Virus record (IMG/VR): IMGVR_UViG_3300033148_002931 | Span: 6,738 to 70,737 of that record | Length of the DNA: 64,000 bases | Reading direction: 5' to 3' (one strand) | Source of the DNA: a virus | Part shown: positions 1 through 10,479 of the stretch, one piece after another | How the letters are laid out: each line of letters begins with the position of its first letter | How positions within the stretch are numbered: position 1 is the first letter of the stretch | The notes under the pieces: model-generated | Databases searched by the model: none | What the model saw: the letters and a program-made list of their open reading frames with translations, nothing else | Told to the model about the DNA's origin: nothing | Translations under genes and position numbers: made by a program

Positions 1-159
1 TAGAAAGAAACCAGCATGGGAAAGATATTGGAATAGTTTATCATGGAAGTAAATGCAATACTTTTATTTCTAACTTTTTTAGTTTTCATTTTATATCTTT
101 TGATATTAGTTTTCTTTGGAAGCTACCTATTATGGATATTATTTATATAGAGGAGATAT

Positions 160-1047
160 ATGGCGAAATCTAAACGATGTATAGTTGTTGCAGAGAGTGA
201 CTCGCATGGGGGTAATAAGTTGGGGTTACTCAATCCTAATACTGTGCTTCCTAAGGAGGAAATACATGAAGATGGAGAAACAATTTCAGAATGGGTACAA
301 CCTACCCTTACAAAAACACAAGAACGATTATGGGAAATAAGACAAGATGGAATAAAGAAAGTAAGTGATTTAGCAAATAGAGACCCTATTCATGTGCTTG
401 AATTAGGTGATCTGACACAAGGAAATAAATATCCTAATGAGCTAGTTAGTTCCAGAGATGGAGATCAATCGCTAATAGCATATTATAATATGCTCCCTTG
501 GTATAAAGAGAAAAATGTAAAGTCAGTAACTTATAGTAAAGGTACTGGCGGTCATACATTTGGATTTGCTTCTTCTGAGATAAATGTATGTCATAGACTT
601 AAGAAAGAATATCCAAAGATACAATCAGAAATAGCGTATCATTGGTTGTTAGATATTGATGGTGTAATATTTGATACTGCTCATCATGGGCCGAGTGCCG
701 GTATTAGGCATTGGCTAAAAGGTAACACTGCTAGATATTATCTCAAAGACTTAATGTATACAGAGTTCTTTGCAGGACGCAGACCACCTGATATAGTATT
801 GAGGGCACATTATCATACTTATCTAAAAGAGTTAGTTACAATGACATTTCAAGATAAGGAATATGAAAGTTGGATATATGTATTGCCTCCTCTTTGTGTA
901 CCAGGAGATTTTGCAATACAAATAATTAGAAGTGTTTATTCAATTCAAGCTGGAATATTAGCATGGGAAATAGTGGATGGACAAATTCGTAAAGCGTATA
1001 AGTTTACACAGAGTTTTGATACAAGGATTAAAGCAAAATTATTATGA
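160..1047 (+). CDS. Calcineurin-like metallophosphoesterase
   Basis: Motifs SDSH, LGDLTQG, GTGGH, AHHG and RAHYH; RBS GAGGAG upstream. Confidence 0.75.
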   Translation: MAKSKRCIVVAESDSHGGNKLGLLNPNTVLPKEEIHEDGETISEWVQPTLTKTQERLWEIRQDGIKKVSDLANRDPIHVLELGDLTQGNKYPNELVSSRDGDQSLIAYYNMLPWYKEKNVKSVTYSKGTGGHTFGFASSEINVCHRLKKEYPKIQSEIAYHWLLDIDGVIFDTAHHGPSAGIRHWLKGNTARYYLKDLMYTEFFAGRRPPDIVLRAHYHTYLKELVTMTFQDKEYESWIYVLPPLCVPGDFAIQIIRSVYSIQAGILAWEIVDGQIRKAYKFTQSFDTRIKAKLL

Positions 1048-1259
1048 TAGAACAAAACAACGAAATATGGAACGAAATAATAGAAATAACAAAAGAAAGA
1101 TACCAGCCTCAGCAACCAAACGAATTAACAACGATACAGTTCAGCGAACAAAATAACATTCCTAAGCGAACTGCACATGATATACTCAAGAAATATGTCA
1201 AGGAAGGTAAATTGAAAGTAAGACGATACAAAAATCATAATCTCTATTCCCCCGTATAG
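1044..1259 (+). CDS. Small winged-helix DNA-binding protein
   Basis: LTTIQFSEQNNIPKRTAHDILKKYVKEGKL fits an HTH pattern; ATGA overlap with the upstream gene. Confidence 0.55.
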   Translation: MIEQNNEIWNEIIEITKERYQPQQPNELTTIQFSEQNNIPKRTAHDILKKYVKEGKLKVRRYKNHNLYSPV

Positions 1260-1282
1260 TATAATAGAGGTTGGAGGTAATT

Positions 1283-1588
1283 ATGCCTGGTGTAAAAGAA
1301 TTTTATTATAGTAACTTTATTTACAATGATATTGGACACGTTACTGGGTCTACTACATCTCATCAGTTTCCTGATGTGTATGGTGCGGCAGTAATGTTTA
1401 AGGCGCATTCAGATAATGTTGGCCCTTTCTTTATTGATGATGTATCTGGTACTACCGTAACTGGATGGGAAGTAGAAGCAGGTGGACAAACTGACATATT
1501 CCCTCTAGCAAATTACAATTTAGATAATTTATATTATACTGGGTGCAGTGGATCGACTGACCAATTAACTTATTGGGTATTCCGATAA
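1283..1588 (+). CDS. Hypothetical protein (beta-rich, possibly virion-associated)
   Basis: ORF with GGAGG RBS before ATG 1283. Confidence 0.5.
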   Translation: MPGVKEFYYSNFIYNDIGHVTGSTTSHQFPDVYGAAVMFKAHSDNVGPFFIDDVSGTTVTGWEVEAGGQTDIFPLANYNLDNLYYTGCSGSTDQLTYWVFR

Positions 1589-1589
1589 T

Positions 1590-1628
1590 TCAAAAATAAA
1601 ATAGCCCCAAAATTTGAATTGGGGCTGT
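1590..1628 (-). terminator. Intrinsic terminator between convergent genes
   Basis: AGCCCCAA(1603-1610)/TTGGGGCT(1619-1626) hairpin followed by a T-rich tract on the minus strand. Confidence 0.7.
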
Positions 1629-1654
1629 CACTTATTAAGTTATATTTTATCTTT

Positions 1655-2209
1655 TTAATAATAAATACATGATAATGCGGCAAGGGCATCATTAGGTAAT
1701 CCAGACCATACTTCTTGCGCTTTAATCTTTCCGTTACCAAAGACATTCTTTCTAATGCTATTAGGGGCTATTATTTGAACATCAAATCTATGATCTTTTC
1801 CCCATATAGCCATAGTAGCTCTAGCTTCTCCTAATTCTACTTGTCTAAATCTAGCCCCAAAAGCAGAACCTTCGATAATCATTTTTCTTGGTTCAATAAC
1901 ACGAGTAGGGAAGCCTATTCCTACATTAAGCAACAATGACATAATACCTCGGAAATTATCTATTCTTATTATGGGGTCTTTATCCCTTACCATCTTTACT
2001 TGATAAACAATAAGGTTATTAGCAAAATAATGCGCAAATCCTAGGTTGACCGTGCCAGGATCACAGCCGATAATCTGTCCATTATAATCAATCGGTTTCG
2101 GTGGAATTATCTTGTAAATTTGTGTCGTTACTGTTTTCAGTTTCTGTACTGATTGGTTCAATATTTTTATCTCTTTTTGTTCTACTTTCTTCTTGTCTTG
2201 CTTTCTCAT
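1655..2209 (-). CDS. ruvC: RuvC-like Holliday junction resolvase
   Basis: IGCDPGTVNLG, IIEG and C-terminal DALAA acidic motifs. Confidence 0.8.
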   Translation of the reverse strand: MRKQDKKKVEQKEIKILNQSVQKLKTVTTQIYKIIPPKPIDYNGQIIGCDPGTVNLGFAHYFANNLIVYQVKMVRDKDPIIRIDNFRGIMSLLLNVGIGFPTRVIEPRKMIIEGSAFGARFRQVELGEARATMAIWGKDHRFDVQIIAPNSIRKNVFGNGKIKAQEVWSGLPNDALAALSCIYY

Positions 2210-3125
2210 TTTCTATTTCCTCATAAAATGGTTGGAAGAACTCATCATTTCCTAATTGTGCTTGTTCTGTAATATCTTTCAGATAGCCAAAGCTTTTATC
2301 ACCTATTCTTATTGTTCTTTTTATATCAACTATACCCAAAATAATACAATCATATAGTGCAGTAAGTCCTCTATGTATTCCAGAACCACCTAATACAAAG
2401 AAGTAGAATTCACCATCTTTATATCCCCAGCGGTTCTTTTTTACTGTTCCTTTAATAACATAACTCCCATCAGGATAGGTTTCTTCTTTATTACTTCTGT
2501 ACAATCTTTTTAGTTGCACTCTAATAGATGATAAATATTTCTTACTCTCCCCACCAGGAGTATTCCAGCCTCTTGTTCCAATATTAGGATGCTGATGATT
2601 AACCAAGAAGAAACATTTAGATTTATCATTGAGTAATATATGGGATGCTTTTCTGGAGAATTGATTAATAAGTAAAGCACGTCTACCCATATTAGCATCT
2701 CCTAAATCGCCTTCTGATTCAGCAATAGGAGAAATAGCCCCAATGCTATCAAGTATACCAATCCGAAAGTCATTATCTTTATCTTTAACTTTATATAGCA
2801 AATTACTTAAGACTTCTTCATCTTTAGGGTCTTCAACAGAATATATTTCACCATCAAATTTTTGTGATGCAAATACACTCTCCAGAAATATAGGATCAAA
2901 GCCTTCAAAATCAGCTAATACTATATCACTGTTAGTCTTTGCCCCAATAAGACCAGAAAGAGACCACACAACAGTAGATTTCCCAGTATGATTAGCCCCA
3001 TAGAACTCAGCTATTGTGCCTAATGGATAACCTCGTGCTCCTTGTCTATTTCTAAATGCCTCATCAAAAGAATAGAATTGTGTCTCTATTCTAGGTATTT
3101 GTGGTGCATTACCAGTAATTTTCAT
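2088..3125 (-). CDS. recA: RecA/UvsX-like recombinase
   Basis: Walker A YGANHTGKST, ILDSIGA, GDANMGRRA, TPGGESKKY, KKNR. Confidence 0.92.
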   Translation of the reverse strand: MKITGNAPQIPRIETQFYSFDEAFRNRQGARGYPLGTIAEFYGANHTGKSTVVWSLSGLIGAKTNSDIVLADFEGFDPIFLESVFASQKFDGEIYSVEDPKDEEVLSNLLYKVKDKDNDFRIGILDSIGAISPIAESEGDLGDANMGRRALLINQFSRKASHILLNDKSKCFFLVNHQHPNIGTRGWNTPGGESKKYLSSIRVQLKRLYRSNKEETYPDGSYVIKGTVKKNRWGYKDGEFYFFVLGGSGIHRGLTALYDCIILGIVDIKRTIRIGDKSFGYLKDITEQAQLGNDEFFQPFYEEIENEKARQEESRTKRDKNIEPISTETENSNDTNLQDNSTETD

Positions 3126-3349
3126 TATACTAACTCCGTTTTTTCTTTATTCCATAAGTTTGCCATACAATTATAGGTAAAGGTTTTTATATGGTTAGAT
3201 AAATAAGAAGTGCGTATATGTCCTCCCGAATGGCCGCAATTTTTACATTTCAAATATGATACTTCGTAAAGAATATCTTCTATATATAATATGTTCACAC
3301 CCCCACATTTGGGGCAAGGATTTATATTTATTACTTCTGACGAGTTCAT
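3125..3349 (-). CDS. Small zinc-ribbon protein (Lar-like pattern)
   Basis: PCPKCGG...CKNCG...WN. Confidence 0.5.
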   Translation of the reverse strand: MNSSEVININPCPKCGGVNILYIEDILYEVSYLKCKNCGHSGGHIRTSYLSNHIKTFTYNCMANLWNKEKTELV

Positions 3350-4020
3350 TTTGCTAATACTCCTGTGTGTTTCCTAATTCTCTCAATAGCCTGTTGTACT
3401 ATTTCATTCTTCTCATCAATATCCAACCAACCTAAATAATATATACCCCCTCCTTTAGAACACTTTAATGTGCCGTCTCTTTCCATCCAGATACTAAGAG
3501 CTTGGGGTCTAGGTTCTTTACCTTTTAACTCCCTCAGCTTGGCGGAAACAGAATGAAAATCTGGTTCTCCAATTAACTCTTTCCAATCATCATCTTCTAT
3601 TTCATATCCCGCATCCAGGTGATTGGCAATAGGAATTTGAGACTGTATTCCTATTTGTTTGACATCTTCTTTATATTTGTCAGGAACATTTGACCCTTCT
3701 AGCATACGCCATATTTTCTCGTATCTGGAAATGGTGGACTTGTGTTTACCGAAATAAGCAAAGGCAACATCTTCAAATGGTTCATCCATCTCAAACACAT
3801 CCCAGCTTTGTTTTATCATGTAGATAGCCTTCGCTAATGCCAATCCACTAATCTTTTGTACCAAGATGATTTGTCTTGGTATGTTTAGGGCAGCCTCTAC
3901 ATCTTTATCTTTAATTGCTTGTTGCACTAATTGTTCTACTCGTTGCAGTATCTCATCTTCAGACCCATTTGTTTCTATGGATTGGTCTAGCGATGTGATT
4001 ATTTCTAATTCATTTACCAT
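3346..4020 (-). CDS. Hypothetical protein in the replication module
   Basis: 224-aa ORF with GGAG RBS, coupled to its neighbours. Confidence 0.6.
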   Translation of the reverse strand: MVNELEIITSLDQSIETNGSEDEILQRVEQLVQQAIKDKDVEAALNIPRQIILVQKISGLALAKAIYMIKQSWDVFEMDEPFEDVAFAYFGKHKSTISRYEKIWRMLEGSNVPDKYKEDVKQIGIQSQIPIANHLDAGYEIEDDDWKELIGEPDFHSVSAKLRELKGKEPRPQALSIWMERDGTLKCSKGGGIYYLGWLDIDEKNEIVQQAIERIRKHTGVLAK

Positions 4021-4029
4021 TATTTTCTC

Positions 4030-4563
4030 CTATAATAAATTCCTCACATTTACATATCTAGCAAACTTCTGTAATGCTAATCTCAATTCCCCTAATCCCT
4101 GATGGAATACTTGTGCAGGATTAACACTAGCAAATACTATTCCACTAAAATAATCTGATGGAACAACAAGACTGCTTACATTGCTCACTTTCTTTCCAGT
4201 AAAATATGTTACTGTATCACTTCCCAATAGAAGTATAACCTCTTTTCCTATACAGTTAGTAACAACTTGTTGTGCTCCATATTGTAAACATTCTTCATTT
4301 CCGTTCTTAGCATGATGCCAGAGATTACCTATTCTACATCGTTGTAAGTCTATTCCTAGTTTTCCCAATTCTTTAGATAATACTTCTCCCATTCTGCCTA
4401 CCATTGGTCTACCTTTGATTATTTCTTCTTTTCCAGGGAACTCTCCAATGATAGCGATAGGCGAATCAGGATTGTTAGCCATAGGAACACAACCTTTACT
4501 CTTGCATATTGGGCACTTAAATGGATTGCCAAGAACAATTTCTAATGCCTCTTTTTCATTCAT
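4030..4563 (-). CDS. Family-4 uracil-DNA glycosylase-like protein
   Basis: CxxC followed by IIGEFPGKEE...PMVG (GE[A/G]PG motif) and ILLLG; motif B reads NPA instead of HPA. Confidence 0.8.
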   Translation of the reverse strand: MNEKEALEIVLGNPFKCPICKSKGCVPMANNPDSPIAIIGEFPGKEEIIKGRPMVGRMGEVLSKELGKLGIDLQRCRIGNLWHHAKNGNEECLQYGAQQVVTNCIGKEVILLLGSDTVTYFTGKKVSNVSSLVVPSDYFSGIVFASVNPAQVFHQGLGELRLALQKFARYVNVRNLL

Positions 4564-4756
4564 TTTGCTTCTCTTGTAGTTTTTGTAGACGATCTACATA
4601 GCTTGCTATACACGCAGACGAGCAAAAGTCATAAGTGGGATATGTTAGAAAATCACCAGTTCGATTTCCATCAATATATATCTGGCAAAAACATAATTGT
4701 ATCTTATTGGTTTTTACTCCACAATAATCACATAATCTTGTTATTTTCTCACTCAT
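4556..4756 (-). CDS. Small TRASH-like zinc-binding protein
   Basis: CDYCG...FCSSAC. Confidence 0.5.
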   Translation of the reverse strand: MSEKITRLCDYCGVKTNKIQLCFCQIYIDGNRTGDFLTYPTYDFCSSACIASYVDRLQKLQEKQNE

Positions 4757-5142
4757 ATTATTCTCCTTTATAATTATTCATAATATACATCTGTAACCCA
4801 ATGACCATAAACATCTCTAATGTGAATCTTATCTTTGTAAATTTCATATACTAAATTACCATAACCATCTTTAGTTTCATAAATAGCATCAATATCATCA
4901 TTTTCAATTGTTATTGCTATTAGTGGTGGATATCTTTCTAATTTTATTATCATTATTTATTTCCTTGTTCCTCATCAGAAAATTTTCGGAGTGCAGCATA
5001 AATTGCTAAACACTCATCAGAGCAAAACCCACAGATAGGGAGGAACGATCCCGATAAACACAACCAAAGAGCTTTGTTGTCAAGCTCTTTTCCACAAATT
5101 TCACACTTATCTATTTTGTTCGTCATATTGTTCTCCTTTTCA

Positions 5143-6831
5143 TTATTTTATCGACCAATTGCTTCCTATTTTTGCCTCGGCAATGAATGGTACACCAGGG
5201 CATTGTTCTTCAGCCGCTTGTATCATTTCTTTTACTACAAAATCCTTTACTTTTTCTACTTTATCTTCAGGAACACTGAATACTAACTCATCATGCACAA
5301 ACATAATTAAACTAAACGGAAAATCAAATTGCTCATTCCATTTCTTATATATTCTACCAATGGCTACTTTTTGTTGATCTGCTGCTGTTCCTTGAATAGG
5401 ACTATTCTTAGCATTACGCTCTACTTGGTTAGAGTATTCATTCAAATACATTTTCCTACCCATTATAGTAGAAACAGACTGTTTCTTCAAGGATTGAATA
5501 TGTAAAAATGATGCTAAAGTAGGAAATACATTAAAGAAATCATTAAATGCTTTCTCTGCATCAGTAATAGTTCCACCATATCTATCAGTGAACCCTTCAG
5601 GAGACATTCCATAAGTTAATCCATACACAATATTCTTTATTTGCTTTCTCAATGGGTTACTTTTTGTTATTTTCACATTATATATTAATTTAGCCATTTC
5701 TATAAATATATCTTTATCTGTTTGAGTAAACAAATGTATTAGCTTTTTATCCTGTGAGAGATAAGCAGCTATTCTAGCTTCCTGTTGTCCCATATCTACT
5801 ATTAGCATCTTATGTCCAGGATGAGGAATAAAACATTCTCTATAAACAGGAGTAGCTCTACCAGGGATGTTCTGCATATTTGGTCTGGATGAGCTTGTCC
5901 TGCCAGTTTCTGCTCCAATTACTTTATAATCAGAATATATTTTGTCATCTTCTTCTACATAATTTTTTATCCAATTCTTTCCATAGGTACTAGATCGCTT
6001 TTGTATCTTGCGATATTGCAAGAGTTGTTTAGTTATCTTGCCTGCTTTGGTAGTAGCTTGTTTAGGATTAGTCAATCTAGCTAACAAGGTTTTTTCTTGT
6101 GTATTCCGCAATCTAGGAAATCCATTCTTAGAAAGATACTTTTTTGTTTGTATAGATGAACGAGGATTAAATTCAAATTGCTCTGCTAGTTCTTTTGTTG
6201 TCTTTTCATTTTTATTTGCTATACCAGTCCATTTATCTATATCAATCCTTACAGGCATCATATCAATAAATGCCCACATTGCATCTCTATCTACTTCCTT
6301 CCAAATTTTTATTGCATTACTCTTGGCTAATTTGTATTGTTTTTTGCATATCTTTCTAGTAATAAAAGGATCAATAGCCGAGTATTTGATTAGTTCTTTA
6401 TCTAATGTTGTTGCATTTTCAAATCGGCTTTTAATATCTTTATCTATTTCCATATCCAGATAACGTCTAGCAAGATCATTCAAGGCAAATAAATTATAAT
6501 ATCCGCCCCATAGAATACGATCTATCAATAAGGTATCCCATATTCTAGCTCTATAAGGAACATCAGCCCAACGTCTAAGATGAGTAATATCAAACTTAGC
6601 ATTATGAAATATCCAAACAGCCTGGTCTACTCTATCTAATGCTTCTTGAACTTGTGTCTTGTCTGTAATTATATAAACATCTTCTTCATTATAGCAGAAA
6701 GTTAGACAAGCAAATTTACCAGTAGTAGGTCTATGTAACTTGGATTTCTTTGCTTCAAATAATTCGAGATCAATAGCACACCAATCTTTCTTAGAAAGAA
6801 TAGGTGGAAGATCACGTATTATATTCATCAT
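5143..6831 (-). CDS. polA: Family A DNA polymerase with 3'-5' exonuclease
   Basis: ExoI DLE, ExoII HNAKFD, ExoIII YSAID; TGRTSS.RPNMQN; motif A DMGQQEAR; motif B RKQIKNIVYGLTYG; motif C VHDE. Confidence 0.95.
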   Translation of the reverse strand: MMNIIRDLPPILSKKDWCAIDLELFEAKKSKLHRPTTGKFACLTFCYNEEDVYIITDKTQVQEALDRVDQAVWIFHNAKFDITHLRRWADVPYRARIWDTLLIDRILWGGYYNLFALNDLARRYLDMEIDKDIKSRFENATTLDKELIKYSAIDPFITRKICKKQYKLAKSNAIKIWKEVDRDAMWAFIDMMPVRIDIDKWTGIANKNEKTTKELAEQFEFNPRSSIQTKKYLSKNGFPRLRNTQEKTLLARLTNPKQATTKAGKITKQLLQYRKIQKRSSTYGKNWIKNYVEEDDKIYSDYKVIGAETGRTSSSRPNMQNIPGRATPVYRECFIPHPGHKMLIVDMGQQEARIAAYLSQDKKLIHLFTQTDKDIFIEMAKLIYNVKITKSNPLRKQIKNIVYGLTYGMSPEGFTDRYGGTITDAEKAFNDFFNVFPTLASFLHIQSLKKQSVSTIMGRKMYLNEYSNQVERNAKNSPIQGTAADQQKVAIGRIYKKWNEQFDFPFSLIMFVHDELVFSVPEDKVEKVKDFVVKEMIQAAEEQCPGVPFIAEAKIGSNWSIK

Positions 6832-7605
6832 CCTCTCCTACCAGATCATCTAAATTAATCTTCTTTATATCACCAGTAAGAGAGCCACCAATAGACTGAA
6901 CAGAATTGACAAACTTATCCCATATCTCAGTGGATTGTTTTGCAGTTATATCGTAAATAATAAATTCCGCTTTGTAATAAATCTTTTTATCGTTCATTCT
7001 TTATTCTCCTTTTATTTATTCATTATCATTAGTATTTGTGATTTTATATGTTTTAGTCTCCAAACATTAAATTTGGAAACAGGATTACGGGAATATGATT
7101 TAGCTATTATACATTCAACATATTCATTTAATAAGTTTTCCGAGTTAAGATCTTTTATGTATTCAGAATATCTTTTTTGTTTTTCTTTTAATTCCATTCC
7201 ATTCTCCTTAATATGTTCCATAAATAACTAAAAACATTGCAATAAATATAAAGAAAGCTAAAAATACTAAGTAACCCCATTCAATTCCAAATCGTTCTGT
7301 TATAAATCCTGCTAATTTCCCCACAAAAATCAAAACAGTTAAAATACCTAAGACTGCTATTATTGCCCAAAATGTTGTATATATTATTGCTGCCATTTCA
7401 TTCTCCTTTATATATGTTTTGAGTAACAATGTAATGTTACATCATCAGCCTCAAATGTAATCTTAATCTGTCTATTAGATTTTCTTTCCACGGCTATTGA
7501 CATGCCCGATTTGCTATCTGGAACTAGAAAAATATCTTTGGCGTCATCAATATTAAATTCATGTATTTTTGTAATAGTAAGCTCATAATATTTCTTTGTT
7601 TTCAT
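6812..7605 (-). other. Four small hypothetical CDSs (6812-6997, 7012-7221, 7208-7429 membrane protein, 7408-7605)
   Basis: Tightly packed ORFs with AAGGAG RBSs. Confidence 0.55.
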
Positions 7606-7616
7606 TTTATTCTCCT

Positions 7617-8798
7617 TTATATATTCTTTAGACTAAACCATTTGCCATTAACGTAATGATCTTGCCACCAGCCCCAACCCTTTGTGCCATCAAACGGCAT
7701 TTGTATAGCGCCAGGACTTTCATCTCTGTGTTTCCTAAACCCTCCTCTCACTTTCCAAATTACCATATAACCAATACCATCCATTGTAGGTAATTTGTCT
7801 TGTTGTGAGTAATAATCCTTACTGGGCGAATATAACATAATTTGCATCCAGGCTAATATCTCAGCACTTTTAGACCACCTTATATCAGTAGGTTTGGGTA
7901 TCCCACCATGATATTTGTAACTAAATTGTGCAAGAGCAATAAGCGGTGCGCTTAGTTGTTTCGACCCAATAGCAAGAGTAAGATATGCAGTAGACATAGA
8001 CGACTCGCTTAGTTCTCCTCTCACTACAAAATCCATAAAATCTACTACTATAAGACCGAGATTAGTAATTGCAGAAGCATCAGCAATTATTTCGCTTGCA
8101 GATAATGGGTCACAATTAATTAATATTCTACCTTTTTCTTCTTTTGCTAGGTTAGTTATTTCATTGAACCTTAAAGCTATTTCTGGTAACATCATTTCAA
8201 GAGAATAAAATGCTACCTTTTTATCGGGATGTTTTTTGACAAACTCAGCAGTTACATTAATAGCCCAAGTAGTCTTACCAATACCAGGATTGCCCCCAAC
8301 TACTATCATCCCAACTGTAGGAATGCCGCCAAGATGACAATCTAATGGTTTATAGCCTGTCAATATAAAAGGTACTTCACTGGCATCTATTTGGTCTAAA
8401 CTAACCCTACCAGTTTTGCCTTGACCAAATTGATTGGCAACATGACGTATTTCTGCACCATCTATATATTCTCCTCGTTTTAGTTTTTTACTTATTCGTT
8501 CTAATCTATTTCCCATTTGGTATCTTTGTCTAGTTTCTTCTAAGATAGCCAACCAGTCTAATGTACCAGTACCATCGAGGTTTTGAATTGAGTTGACGCT
8601 AGATTGAAATATACCTATCCCTGCCTTCTGTATTAGCGTTTCTGGTTCAGTGTTTCCTTCTTGATAGAACCTAACTAATTCATTATATGGAGGGAACAAT
8701 GACTCAGAACTTGCAGAACTACTAGCAATCTTATTAGTAATGATTAATCCAGAAACTATCTCGCTTGCATCTTCCCATGTTGTACCAATTTGTGCCAT
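7617..8798 (-). CDS. dnaB: DnaB-like replicative helicase
   Basis: Walker A GNPGIGKTT, SLEM, IVVDF, LAQF, KVRGG. Confidence 0.88.
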   Translation of the reverse strand: MAQIGTTWEDASEIVSGLIITNKIASSSASSESLFPPYNELVRFYQEGNTEPETLIQKAGIGIFQSSVNSIQNLDGTGTLDWLAILEETRQRYQMGNRLERISKKLKRGEYIDGAEIRHVANQFGQGKTGRVSLDQIDASEVPFILTGYKPLDCHLGGIPTVGMIVVGGNPGIGKTTWAINVTAEFVKKHPDKKVAFYSLEMMLPEIALRFNEITNLAKEEKGRILINCDPLSASEIIADASAITNLGLIVVDFMDFVVRGELSESSMSTAYLTLAIGSKQLSAPLIALAQFSYKYHGGIPKPTDIRWSKSAEILAWMQIMLYSPSKDYYSQQDKLPTMDGIGYMVIWKVRGGFRKHRDESPGAIQMPFDGTKGWGWWQDHYVNGKWFSLKNI

Positions 8799-8801
8799 TT
8801 A

Positions 8802-9246
8802 TTACTGTCCTTTTAGTGTTCCATAAGCGGATATAAAAAGCAGGATACATAAGCAAGATATTAAGAATGTAAAAATCCATACTTTACAATCAAATCGCTT
8901 TATTAAGAATACACAAATACAACAACCAACAATTATACAAGCTAAAAGAGCGAAGCCATTTACTGTTGCTAAAAATATAGCATGTAGTATTACTGCAATT
9001 TCAGTTTCCATTTTCATTCTCCATTATTTGATATGCTAATAAGTGTAACTTTCCTTCTGTTTCTTCCGTACCATCATACATTACCATAATTGGGTTAATT
9101 AATTGTTGGATAGATACTTCTAGAAATTGTTCCCTGAGAACTTTCCAGAACGTTTTTGCTTTTTTGTCATCTGTAAAACAAAATATTATAGTAGGTAATT
9201 CGTTTCCACATTCATCAATTGAAACTAAACGACTTTTATATTTCAT
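8802..9246 (-). other. Two small CDSs (8802-9017 two-TM membrane protein; 9001-9246 hypothetical)
   Basis: Overlapping ORFs between the helicase and primase. Confidence 0.5.
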
Positions 9247-10094
9247 TAATTAACTCCTAATTCCATCTGTAATAATTCTTCTAAGTGAGGTCTATACCTT
9301 ATAAACAAATCGTTCACATCTTTCATACCATCAGCCCATTCTATCTTCATTACTTTACCCCTCCAGCCTAAGTTGGCAGACAACCAAACAGCTTCTACCA
9401 CCTCACCATCATCAGGAATAATAACTATTTTTTTTCTTATTCCAGAGAGAGCATCAGGGTTCAATCTCTTCCCAGTAGTAGTAGACATTGAAGCATACCC
9501 TAGTTGGTAAATTGATATAGCATCTATTATTCCGAAAGTAAGAAAAACAGTCTGTTTGTCTATTACTCTTTGCCATGATGGCACAAATAACATATCAGGG
9601 TCTTGCCCTTTGGGATTAATATACTTACTTTCAGTTACCTTATCTTTTCCTGCTCTTGCTGTACCACCAATGACATGATTATGCTGATCGAATATAGGAA
9701 ACACTATCCAATTATCTCTATAACCTAATCGCAAATCTTTTATTGTTTGTAAGTTTATACCTCTCTCTTTCATATAGATTGTCTTATTATTCTCTATACA
9801 TTGAAGATGAGCTTGTTCAGTAATACGAATTAGGCTATGACTTCTCATCCAAATAGTCCAGGGATTAGTAAAATAATATTTCTTGGTAGGAACTACATTG
9901 CCTGATATTAAACTTAATTTATCTAATAAATCAGAAGTTTTGCCTTTTGCGTCACAAGAAAAACATTTGTAGCTATCCTCATAAACAAAGAAGCTAGGTC
10001 TAGTATCATCATGGAAAGGACAGAGAGCACAAATATAGTGATCGTAGCGTGTTGCCTTCTCTAAATACTGAAAAATCTCATCTAAATTATTCAT
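9246..10094 (-). CDS. dnaG: DNA primase (CHC2 zinc finger + TOPRIM)
   Basis: CPFHDDTRPSF...CFSC, ERGI, KYIN, GIIDA, PDD, KDVND. Confidence 0.9.
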   Translation of the reverse strand: MNNLDEIFQYLEKATRYDHYICALCPFHDDTRPSFFVYEDSYKCFSCDAKGKTSDLLDKLSLISGNVVPTKKYYFTNPWTIWMRSHSLIRITEQAHLQCIENNKTIYMKERGINLQTIKDLRLGYRDNWIVFPIFDQHNHVIGGTARAGKDKVTESKYINPKGQDPDMLFVPSWQRVIDKQTVFLTFGIIDAISIYQLGYASMSTTTGKRLNPDALSGIRKKIVIIPDDGEVVEAVWLSANLGWRGKVMKIEWADGMKDVNDLFIRYRPHLEELLQMELGVN

Positions 10095-10116
10095 TATCTA
10101 AATCGCTCATTATTTA

Positions 10117-10446
10117 CTAGCCACCAGGGTAAGGGGTTGGAATATTAATATATTCGTTTTTAATGTCGATGGCTATTTTTTCAATCCATGTACTACCATC
10201 ATATTGAGCAGGGAAATAAATATATTTATTATCCTTAGCAATAAATCGCGGCATTTGTGGGCCGCCATAACCTGTCTGAAAGTTTTTGGTCAATATTGGG
10301 TGAGTATGCTTAATTTCAATTCCAGGAATTATCATACTATTCGGAGTCCATCCTGGCGAATAATCATCGGGAGTTTCCTGATAGATAATAATCCCGCTTT
10401 CCCAATCAAAATCTGATATAGTTAATTCTTCTTTTATTGTTGTCAT
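10117..10446 (-). CDS. Hypothetical protein, paralog of 39516-39857
   Basis: Shared blocks FDW..GIIIYQ, HPIL, PR.IAKD..YIYF...YDG.TW.EKIAI. Confidence 0.65.
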   Translation of the reverse strand: MTTIKEELTISDFDWESGIIIYQETPDDYSPGWTPNSMIIPGIEIKHTHPILTKNFQTGYGGPQMPRFIAKDNKYIYFPAQYDGSTWIEKIAIDIKNEYINIPTPYPGG

Positions 10447-10479
10447 ATTATATTCCTTTTATTCGCTATTTATTTTTTG

